NCBI RefSeq assembly: GCF_001194135.2
Contig: NC_068993.1
Location: 19,242,607-19,306,606 of the forward strand
Direction: 5' to 3'
DNA: 64,000 nucleotides
Origin: Octopus bimaculoides
Taxonomy: Eukaryota
Below the pieces are notes generated by a model that saw only the letters and a list, made by a program, of their open reading frames with translations, did not search any database and was not told where the DNA came from. Both the position numbers and the translations under genes were made by a program. The number at the start of each line of letters is the position of its first letter. Position 1 is the stretch's first letter. This document shows positions 11,335-22,360 of the stretch, one piece after another.

Positions 11335-13197
11335 GTATATATATATATATATGTACAGCAATAAGAAAATGGAGGAGAGCAAGAGGTGGTATTCATCAAC
11401 TTTTAGACATTATATCATGCCTATTTATTTTTTAAAAAGATAATTATAGCAATATACATTCATGTTTAACATATTATCCTTTACATATATACTATATATG
11501 AAATATAAAAATACCAGTAATTATTAAAATATATAACATAGAGCATAGAAAGTAGGATAATATCTTACAGCTGTTTCAGCCAAGGGCCATAGTATCCCAT
11601 TCTACTTTTATCTCTCTAGTGAACTGAAATATTTTGTAGATAAGATTAAGGTACTTGGGTGTGTCTCTGGGCTTCGTCAGAGGGTTTAGAAAGTTCGTAA
11701 GGTTAAGTTATAAATATAAATACATGCATATACACAAAGTTTTACATATACACGCATATACAAGATATACATAAACACATATGCATATATTAATATATTA
11801 AAATGTATATGTTATTATTATTATTATCAGGAGTATTGTATTATATTATTCTTATTAGATAAAGTATAAACAGAGGTAGGAGAAAGTTATTAAAAGAGAA
11901 ATAATAGTGAAATTTAAAAAAATCAATGTATCTTAAGATTATTGTATTTACATAGAAATGAAAAGGTATATACATGAGGAATANNNNNNNNNNNNNNNNN
12001 NNNNNNNNNNNNNNNNNNNNNNNNNNNNNNNNNNNNNNNNNNNNNNNNNNNNNNNNNNNNNNNNNNNNNNNNNNNNNNNNNNNNNNNNNNNNNNNNNNNN
12101 NNNNNNNNNNNNNNNNNNNNNNNNNNNNNNNNNNNNNNNNNNNNNNNNNNNNNNNNNNNNNNNNNNNNNNNNNNNNNNNNNNNNNNNNNNNNNNNNNNNN
12201 NNNNNNNNNNNNNNNNNNNNNNNNNNNNNNNNNNNNNNNNNNNNNNNNNNNNNNNNNNNNNNNNNNNNNNNNNNNNNNNNNNNNNNNNNNNNNNNNNNNN
12301 NNNNNNNNNNNNNNNNNNNNNNNNNNNNNNNNNNNNNNNNNNNNNNNNNNNNNNNNNNNNNNNNNNNNNNNNNNNNNNNNNNNNNNNNNNNNNNNNATAT
12401 ATATACACATATATTTACGTACAAACATACCTATATGTGTACAGAAGGTAGTATTATTGCAGCAGTTCGTATTATTCTTTTTATATAGTTATAATAATTA
12501 TACACAAACACATATATATTCTTATAAACATGTGATATGTTTTCTATTGAGGGCTTTAGACAAAAGTCCACAGTAAGTGGGTTAGAGTTTATATTAATAC
12601 CTGTGATATTAGTTGGCGCTACAAGTCGTAAATTTCCGAGTATTAATGTGCCACGCAGATTAGAGTAATTTAGTAGGGATGCACGCATTTTACCACACGG
12701 GGATGCCTACACCTGCCACGTTTATATCTCACAAGCATATCCGTATGCTTAATTTAGATTTATTCAAATTTGCTATCATTGAAAATTCCATAGTTATCTT
12801 ATTAACTTTCTGTAATTTAAAACTGAGCAGCTATCAACAACTATTTTCATCCCTAACGTTCATTTGTGCACTGCATTACCATGCGTTGCTATGGATCTTT
12901 GTAAATGCAAGATCAACCGACCAGCGAGGAAGTGATTTTGCGTGTCTACTGTAACAAGTTTATTTCTGAAGTTTACAACCTTCATTTTATCCAACGGACA
13001 CGCAAATAGTGCACGTTTTCAGATAGTGAAAGCTTCAAAACACCAAGCTAATGGATTCTGAATGGTTATTGTTCCAAACCAGTCATTAAGAACTAATGAG
13101 GAAAAATGAAAAAATACTTCATACTAAAGATCAAACTCGAACATACTTGAGATTGTAATATAACATGTTAAAAAGACAGCAACCAGTTTTCTATTCA

Positions 13198-13252
<55 letters not shown>

Positions 13253-13960
13253 GCATATCTAACTTTTATCGTTTATCTTTTGCACGTCGAACAAAATACT
13301 CAGTGTCATTTATCCGGCTCTTTATATTCTCTGCTCAAATACTGCCAAGGTCAACTTTGCCTTTTGTTTCTTTGTGCTTGCTTTACCAGTTAAATGCTAT
13401 GGTCTATGTAACCTACTTACGCTCTCGCATTATAACTGCCGGTCTTGTGCCAAAACTTGATCGAATAACTTAGTGTAATGCATTCAAGGTATTTTACTGT
13501 TGTCAAAATGTACGTAAACACGTTCGTTTATAAATTTATCATCTCAACGAAATACTACATTTCTTTCTCTCGACTGGGTCTATGCTGGGAAATCATATAA
13601 GCAAGACGTTTAAATTATTTAGAATAACTCTGACAGCATAAGGGAATTGGTTATATTTTGTATTTTTCTTTTATCCAACTCTAGCTATGGTAAGTTTTAA
13701 AAGATTCATCGGCTACTTTCTTAGTTTTGTTTACTCATAAAACATAATCTTGACATTTCGATTGGGAGGTACTTGGTATTTGGAGAGAGAAATAAAACGA
13801 TACACTGTATCTAAACGAAAAATAAATAAATAAGCAACAAATTTTAAAGATATCGCTCTGTCTCTCTCTCTCTCTTTCTTTCTCTTTCTCTCTCTGTCCC
13901 TGTCTTTGCCTCTCTCTCTCTCTCTCACACACACAAAGGGTCACACGCACTCTATTACAT

Positions 13961-14023
<63 letters not shown>

Positions 14024-14362
14024 TGTCTCCTTCATTGAGCTTAGGGATATGGGAAGGAGTTTTGTTATCTTTTGGTGAGAATATTAATCAAATTGCTTTC
14101 AAGAGATAATAGTTAATTTTAAGATTTATGATCGGTTTGAAACGTTTATTTATTAGGGTTTTAAAGTTCATTCGAGTTCTAAAATGCAAAACATGACGCT
14201 TATGGGAAACGGGAAATGGAAATGCGATTCTGCGATATAAATGCTTTTTCATATCTTTTTTGCTGCTGGAAGTAGCCGTGGTAGTAATATTACTAGGACT
14301 AGTTGTAAGGGAGAAGAAGGAGGAGGAAAGGACAAAGAGAAGTATTAATTTTAGTAAAAAAA

Positions 14363-14582
14363 AAGCAACGAGCTGGCAGAATCGATAGCACGCTGGGCAA
14401 AATACTTAGTGGCATTTCGTCCGTCTTTAAGTCCTGAGTTCGAATTACGCCGAGGGCGACGTTGCCTTTCATCCTTTTGGGGGTCAATAATATACGTACT
14501 AGTCGTGTACTGGGACAGATGTAATCGAATTACCCGTCCTCAGAAATTGCCGGCCTTGTGCCAAAATTTGAAATTAATATTT
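14363..14582 (+). mobile_element. SINE family A
   Basis: gagctggcagaatcg...gagttcgaatt (B-box-like)...gcctttcatccttttggggtc...ggccttgtgccaaaatttgaaa. Confidence 0.85.
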
Positions 14583-14960
14583 ATATTAGTAAGAAATTAT
14601 TGAATGGTTGGATGGGAAATGAAGTTGTTAGGAATTTTTCCAGTGCGAAGTAATTCTCTTGAAGTAAGTTTGGAAGAAATATGCAGGGCACAGTGTAGTC
14701 GCTAAAACAAAGTAATTGAGTAAAGTATAGCTAGTATGATGGGTAGTTTTAAGAAAGCTAACTGCAGTCTTCACGTTCCAGGAAAGGGTTGCTTTTGTAG
14801 TCGAGCAACAGTGATATGTATAGAATTCAGGCTGAGAATTACAAGTTCCTGAAGGGTTCAGAGAGTGTTTTGTTGTTTCATCAGGTCACGGATCTATGTA
14901 TTTTACAGTTCAGAATAAAAATACTTCAGTGGCCCAGATATCAGTGCAGTATTCTAACCT

Positions 14961-15910
14961 TCTAATATAATAATGAGCGTAGTGTTTTTATATATTTCTA
15001 TATATATTTATCCGAAATCACGCAGTAGGAGGGAGTGAGAGAAAGAGTAGTATAAGTTGAGGGAGAAGAGAGAAAATAGTAACTCAGTGAAAGAGAAGCA
15101 GTAAGAGTAATAGCCATGACTGAGAGGGAGTGAGTGAAAGTAATAGCAATGAGAGAGAGGAAGTAGCAAAAAGAGCGTCGTCATTATATATGCCTGAAGA
15201 TGCTTCCCGATAAAATAGGGTTAATGGACACTCAGAAGAATCATTTCACAGGTAAAATGTTTTGTTTACATTTGATGAAGATTATTTGCTCTAATATTTC
15301 GGTTCCAATGCGTGTATGTATATTTTCGGTATACATTGTTTGTTATCAGTTCACTGATAATTGTAGTTATAAGTAAGTAATCCCATAACTTATTTACGGT
15401 ATATAGTGTTTATTGTCCATTCACTGATACTCTTTCTTCTGCTATGGAGAATGAAACTGACACAAGGTGACTATTAACCAGAGAGAGAGACAAAGACGAA
15501 GAACAGCCAGTCTCACTGAAGAAGAACTGGACGTGAGAAGATTACAAAAATAGAAGATTTAAAAAATATATTACATCAATCACAAGAAGTGAGACGAGAG
15601 AAGATCACAAAATGCAAAGCGACATGTTCGAAGACATCAAAATGAAAAGGAGAACCTCATCCAAAGATGAGAGCAGCATAAAAGTTCCAAGATGAAACAG
15701 AACAGCAAGCAGCAGAGAGGAGAGACGATCTAAGAATAAGAGTATCACAAAGGCACCAAGATGAACCGGAAGAGCAAGCAGCAGAAAGGAGAATAGATCT
15801 AAGAATGAGAGTATCGCAAAGGTGACCAGATGAAACGGAAGAGCAAGCAGCACAAAAGAGAGAAACCGAAAAGGCGTCAAAGTGAAACGAAAGAACAAGC
15901 AGCGGGGGGG

Positions 15911-15963
<53 letters not shown>

Positions 15964-17730
15964 AAGAATTAAACTGAAGAAGAAGAAGCAATATTCGCAG
16001 AGAGCGAATGAGAAGATAAAAGAATTAATTAACACTGAAACGGAAGAACGAAGAAATAATCAAAGGTAGCGGAATGCGAACGCCATGAGAATTGTGCGAA
16101 AAGTTGGAAATCATGTAAATTTAGTAAATAATCATATTTATAATGAAAAGAATGTTCAGGCTCATGAGTGTGGTGACATATATTGGGTCAGTTTTGTAGA
16201 GCCAAATGATTTGCTTCGGAGCGACTATCTGTTGGTGCCATAAAAGGAAAGTCCTGCCTCCAATTAGAAGAGAATTTCCTCCATACTGACGATCGCTGTT
16301 GTCAGACCCGCAGCATCCACATTATGGTAACTTCGAAGAAAACATAAGTTCATACAACTCTGCTCTATTCTTCGCAACTATTGGCGCGCACATTGATGAC
16401 CCACAAGGAAGAGGTCCATTTTGCTTCAGAGGGCACGGCCAAATTTATCATAGGACTTCACGCATGCATCCTGTTGAGGGCCAACAGAGGCAATTTGCGC
16501 AACTGGATGTTGTTGACAGCGTTCAAGCTACCGCAGTGAGGGCTCTGAATGCAGATCCCTTCAGATTTATCTAAAACATGAAAGCAGGCTTGCCTATTTA
16601 TTCTTGATGAAGCATTAATGTTATTATGCAATGCTCTGAGAGCCATTGATCTGCTGCTGAGGCAAACAATGAATTCGCTCAGACCATTCCGTTGGAAAGT
16701 GCTGCTACTTGGTGGAGACGTCAGACAAACTGCGCCTGTCATCCCAAAAGGATCCAATGCAGCAATTTCCTCTCTGGCATTTCGTAACAAAACTCAGTTG
16801 ACAGAAAATATGCACATGGCAGGACAAGATGACTTCAACAAGTGACTCTTAGAGGTTGGAAACGGAACACTCCAACAATGAAGCGCTGGAAGAAAACCTC
16901 ATAGAAATTCCCCAAAACATGGTATCTACAAATAACATTATTAGAGAAGTTTGGGGGAAAAATTGTTACTAGACAATGATGAGATAGTTGAAAGAGTGTC
17001 GTCGACAATAATTTTGACACTTAAAAACATTGTCTTTACATAAACACTGACATAATGCAGAACGTTGACACCCATAGCTGAAGAAAATAACGAAACTGTT
17101 ATACATTATCTCGTGAAGTTTTAAATTCAGTGACGCTTTCTGGGATGCCACTTCACATGCTTACCTTGAAGAGGCATTCGATAGTCATGTTGCTAAGGAA
17201 CTTGAACCCAATGAGAGGTTTACTCAATGGAACCCGGATCTTAGTGCTGTCTATGAACGATTTTTTACATTCATGAAAAAATACTTAGTGAAAATAAAAA
17301 AGGAGAGGAGACCTTTATTCCGCGCATCAACCTCCGTCTCAGTGAGACAACCCTTCCCTTTAGTATGAGTAGACGACAGTTTCCTGTTATCCCAGCATTT
17401 GCAATGACAATAAACAAATGACAAGGGCAGAGCTTCAGTAGTGTTGACATCATCCTACCATCACCAGTATCCAGCTATGGACAACTTTATGTTACATTGA
17501 GTAGAAGTAGAAGCAGTAATAATATTAGAATGTTGGTAAAGGACCATCCAAAACAAGGCGAACTCATTGATGTTGAAACAGTTACTAAGATAAAGGTTGT
17601 AATCTTTTAATTTTAATTTTATTCTCCGTATAATTTTCATGCCTTCATATTTGATGGCACAGGAACACAAGTATAGAATACAATTTGTATAACGCCTGCA
17701 ATCGGTTCGGAGTGAACTACTTGCCAATCT
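14961..17730 (+). mobile_element. Helitron remnant: N-terminal repeats, pre-Rep region and PIF1 helicase, with the Rep domain missing
   Basis: ~23-aa repeats ETEQQAAERRDDLRIRVSQRHQD at 15690-15890. GRGPFCFRGHGQIYHRT...FAQLDVVD at 16405-16525. Helicase motifs DEALM..LRAIDLLLR, KVLLLGGDVRQTAPV, MLLRNLNPMRGLLNGTR and RRQFPVIPAFAMTINK*QGQS...GQLYVTLSR at 16600-17510. The ends (5' TC near 14961) are uncertain. Confidence 0.9.
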
Positions 17731-18641
17731 TCAATCATTAGCCTTATTTAGTCAGGATACTTAGTATATATGTTCTGGTAGTTATAGCGGTGCTAGTTGG
17801 TGGAAACATTTCCGTTTGTGTTGCTGCCGTGTGTGTTGTGCTGGAGTGGTTTTTTTTTTGGGTTGTAGCTTTGCCATACTTCATTCATATGCCACACAGT
17901 ATTGACGGTTCTAAAACATGGAACATACTCTGTATTTCACATATTGTAAGTTAGTAACTTTTAACTCAGTAACCTGCGATTCAAACGATTTTAACCGCTA
18001 TTTCTCGCAGATTGAATTACAGCGGAGATATTAACTTAATACTGGTTGTTTCAGTAGTTAATACTTATAGAAAATTAAACNNNNNNNNNNNNNNNNNNNN
18101 NNNNNNNNNNNNNNNNNNNNNNNNNNNNNNNNNNNNNNNNNNNNNNNNNNNNNNNNNNNNNNNNNNNNNNNNNNNNNNNNNNNNNNNNNNNNNNNNNNNN
18201 NNNNNNNNNNNNNNNNNNNNNNNNNNNNNNNNNNNNNNNNNNNNNNNNNNNNNNNNNNNNNNNNNNNNNNNNNNNNNNNNNNNNNNNNNNNNNNNNNNNN
18301 NNNNNNNNNNNNNNNNNNNNNNNNNNNNNNNNNNNNNNNNNNNNNNNNNNNNNNNNNNNNNNNNNNNNNNNNNNNNNNNNNNNNNNNNNNNNNNNNNNNN
18401 NNNNNNNNNNNNNNNNNNNNNNNNNNNNNNNNNNNNNNNNNNNNNNNNNNNNNNNNNNNNNNNNNNNNNNNNNNNNNNNNNNNNNNNNNNNNNNNNNNNN
18501 NNNNNNNNNNNNNNNNNNNNNNNNNNNNNNNNNNNNNNNNNNNNNNNNNNNNNNNNNNNNNNNNNNNNNNNNNNNNNNNNNNNNNNAAATGGTGATTAAA
18601 GATAATTAAAAATTGAATAGAAACAACGCTGCTGCTGCTAT

Positions 18642-18643
<2 letters not shown>

Positions 18644-18679
<36 letters not shown>

Positions 18680-18680
18680 T

Positions 18681-18732
<52 letters not shown>

Positions 18733-18760
18733 GCTGTTGCTGCTACTGCTATTTCTGCTG

Positions 18761-18815
<55 letters not shown>
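18644..18815. repeat. (TAC)n/(TGC)n trinucleotide repeat
   Basis: Direct reading; it produces spurious poly-Thr/poly-Ser ORFs. Confidence 0.95.
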
Positions 18816-18817
<2 letters not shown>

Positions 18818-19116
18818 TTACTTCTACAATTACAGCAACTACTATTATTCACCAGAAAATATCGTTGTAAGTCGTCTACGACCACATAACAAGAAAAAAT
18901 GTCTAGAACCAAATATGTCTTATATATTATCTTCAAATATTTATCTCTGTACGAGAATGTCGTCAGAGCGTGTTGCATCTGCTCTGCTTACTTCCTTGCC
19001 TTGTCCTCAAATTTTTGAAAGCGTGAAAGACGCATTCTTGCGCACTTCTTCTGTTTACAGTGAACACTGCACGCCACACAACAGCTAAAGTTTCCTCACA
19101 CCTCCTGTTTTGGTGA

Positions 19117-19193
19117 TATATAAACGTTACTTTATTTCTGGAAAATCATCGACTTCCTCCCTAAATTTTCCACGAAAAATTTGTCAGGTAAAG
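19117..19193 (+). promoter_or_regulatory. Candidate TATA box, initiator and short non-coding first exon with splice donor
   Basis: TATATAAA at 19117-19124, TCA(+1)TC with A at 19148 (31 nt from the first T), and CAG|GTAAAG at 19187/19188. The upstream 150 bp is CpG-enriched relative to the window. Confidence 0.25.
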
Positions 19194-20279
19194 ACGCACT
19201 ACCCTTTGTAAAATACCTCTTCCACACGTTTTTCTCTTCGCTTGGATTACCCTGTTTCTACAATTTTGGGGGGGATTGCAACGCTACGAAATGGTAAATT
19301 GTTGTTATTAACAAATTTTTGATTGTGATACGAGTTCTTGTTTTCCCTTATCGATATGCAGCCGTCTGTGTTTACAACTGAGTTCGTTTGGGTGATTGCA
19401 ATTTTTTTCTGCTGTTCTTGTTTTTGTTATCTGTTTTCAACAATCGGAGTTGAGGTACAGACAGTGCCTGGCTCTATATTTTAAGCTTCATTTCAACAAT
19501 CTGGCTTACCATCCATGCAGGAAGTGCTAAAGATTGTCTTAACCGGTACATCACATGTACAGAGAAGAGCATTATCGCTGTGAATTTTCCTTTCTTTTTT
19601 CCACTTTATTTTCTTTGCTTACGTTTTTATATTTCAGTTTTTCTTTTTTACTCTCTGTCTTTGTTCCCCTTTTCTTCTGTCACATGACTTTGTAAATGAA
19701 CAATCTGATGTGCTTATATCAATGGTTGACGAATGTATACAGTGAGTTTCTCTGCCCTAAGTGTCAGGAAAACACTCGGCAAGAAACGGAAACAGGATTG
19801 AAAGAAGAGGATAATGAAAATAACAACAACAACAACAACAACAATAATAATAACAATAACAATAATAGTTTCTAATTTATCTACAAAGCCAGTAATTTTG
19901 AGAGGAATGCTTCAGTCGATAACTTGATGGCAATACTAGACTGCTATTTAATTCTCTCGTTCTTGTTGATATGCAAAGCAATGCACACTTTGGTGAGATT
20001 TTATAACATTTATCGGCATGATCTATATGTCCAGCAAGTAATTCTATGTGTGTATAATTTTATAATGAAACTATCCCTTTTCCTTTTTGAATCAGAAATC
20101 CTGCGTCTAGTAATAACTAATTGGAAACCATTATCCAATGATGTCACTGCACAGAAATAACATAAAATATCTAAATAACTAATGGATGATATAAAATCAA
20201 AATCAAAATGACTTTTATAACATTGGACAATTTCAGTGAACACAAATGGCATTTTACGGCACTGTCACTATATATTTAC

Positions 20280-20351
20280 CTCTGTTTGTGGTTCTTGACA
20301 CACCGACATAAATTGTTCATATGCAAATACATTAGACAGAAGTGGTCCTTT
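20280..20351 (-). other. Candidate phase 0-0 coding exon KGPLLSNVFAYEQFMSVCQEPQTE (unidentified)
   Basis: Acceptor cttgttttcttgtCAG, donor GAG|GTAAAT, 72 nt open. No recognisable homology. Confidence 0.2.
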
Positions 20352-20867
20352 CTGACAAGAAAACAAGTAGCATTGAAAATTATTTAGGGTTTTTACCCTA
20401 CTCAGATGACACTCTAACTGAAATGTGTAAATACACGAGAGTGAACAGTAAATACAAAACCTACCGGCGTGATGTTGTATGTCATCAATCAAATTGCTAA
20501 AAAATATGTAGAATAAATTGGGGTTTCCAATATATATATCTTTTTTGGATATATTGGGATGCAGTTACTATTCACCAACAAGCAGGAATTACATCAACCG
20601 AACGTTATAAGAGAACACAATAAAAATGGTTAATTTCTTTCCTAAAGCCATTGATTCATTCAAGAAAAATATCGGACAATTTGTTGACTGCCATTAAATG
20701 TAAAATTAACAAATTTACGAGCCTATAATAGATTATCCGTCTGCAGGATGTATCGACAGAAGACGCTCACATGCAAAATACGGACAGTTACCCGTAAACT
20801 CGACCTGTAACCAGTAACACACAAGCTTCTTTATCTTGATAAGTTAGTAGGATTTTTTTTACCTTTT

Positions 20868-21070
20868 ATCTTTTACTGGCTTCAGTCATTGGATTGCGGC
20901 CATGCTGAGGTATTGTCTTGAATAAGTTTTAGTCGAATAGATAGGCTCCAGTACTTATTTTTATTTCTTTCAGCCTCGTACTTATTCTACCATTCTCCTT
21001 TGCTGAACTTTTAGGTTACATGGCCGTAATCAAACCAACACTGGTTGTCAAGAACGGTGAGGGACAAACA
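20868..21070 (-). mobile_element. SINE family B, 3' part
   Basis: cttttact..ttcagtcattggattgcggccatgctg...tacttattct, shared with 46005-46275 and inverted relative to 21225-21350. Confidence 0.7.
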
Positions 21071-21224
21071 CAGACACACAGACACATAGACACACAGAAA
21101 CACGTGCTTGCGCGCAAACAGATACAAACACACACCCGAATACACACACAAACTCACACACGCACACACACGCACACATACCCACAAACACACACATACC
21201 CACACACGCACACAGACACACGCA

Positions 21225-21350
21225 AATTACCAGTACTTTGAAAATAAGTTCTGCAGTCAATTTATTCAAATAAAGACATTATTCAAGGTGGTGCCCCTGC
21301 ATGGCCGCAGTCAAATGACCAAAACAAGTAAAAGACAAAAGATAAAAGAT
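21225..21350 (+). mobile_element. SINE family B tail
   Basis: caaggtggtgcccctgcatggccgcagtcaaatgaccaaaacaagtaaaag is the reverse complement of the tail type at 20868 and 46005. Confidence 0.7.
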
Positions 21351-22250
21351 ATTTCCTATCCATATATGTTTGTATTTTGGCTTCATTCTCAAGCACTGTT
21401 TGTTCATTTGCACTTCTCACTAACTAACTTTGGTGAAGTGAAATTTCGTTAGCACTCTTCTGATAATCATTGCAAATCAACAGAAAATTTAGTAACAAGA
21501 CCAAAAATAAAAAAGAAAAGAAAAGAAGAACCCAGTACATTGGTATCTCTTTTTGTGGGCTGTGTGAGAGTTTCTATTCTTTCGCCATAAACAGATTCAG
21601 TAACCCTATGGTGGGTAAAAAGTAATTGAAGTGTCATACGTATATGAAACAATGCGTGGACATTTATAAATGTATCTTATGTGGTTTGCTTTAAATGTTA
21701 TTAAGTAGAGCTGAGTAGCAAGAGAAATTGTAGTTGAATGTCTTATGCAAATTATTCGTATAATAGTTATTCCTATCTAATATAGACTGTTTATAATTTA
21801 TAAAATATTGTGCACACAGCAAAAAGTATTCCAAGTATCACAGTACTAGAATGTTTCCACTTGCTAGTGCTACTAGATAAACAAGCCTCAGAAAACAAGT
21901 CACCGTCTCTGATGTTTACTATAGTAAAATTATATATTGATATCAAAATGCATATATACATGTATGGATGTGATGACGTGTGTAAGTACGTACGTCTAAG
22001 TATATAGTTATGTATGGTATGTATGCATGTAAGTATGTGTACAAACATCTATCTCTATATATAGACATATATATATGCACATATATATATGTGTGTGTGT
22101 ATGTGTGCATGTTTGCATGTATGAATGTATATATAAGTATATAGGGTACCACACTTAGCCAATGCATATACACGCACATATACATCCACCTATCTCTCTC
22201 CTCTCTCTGTTTTTGTGTGTCTGTCTGCTTCTCTCTCTGTAAGGTGTATT

Positions 22251-22296
<46 letters not shown>

Positions 22297-22315
22297 CATA
22301 TACACACATACATAT

Positions 22316-22360
<45 letters not shown>

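Noticed and set aside
12922-12936. 15-mer cagcgaggaagtgat repeated at 43551-43565; nearby gttgctatgg RFX-like half site
   Set aside because: One shared 15-mer is expected by chance in this length of sequence; the RFX palindrome is incomplete.
18613-18870. Mucin-like poly-Thr ORF
   Set aside because: Pure (TAC)n/(TGC)n repeat next to a gap.
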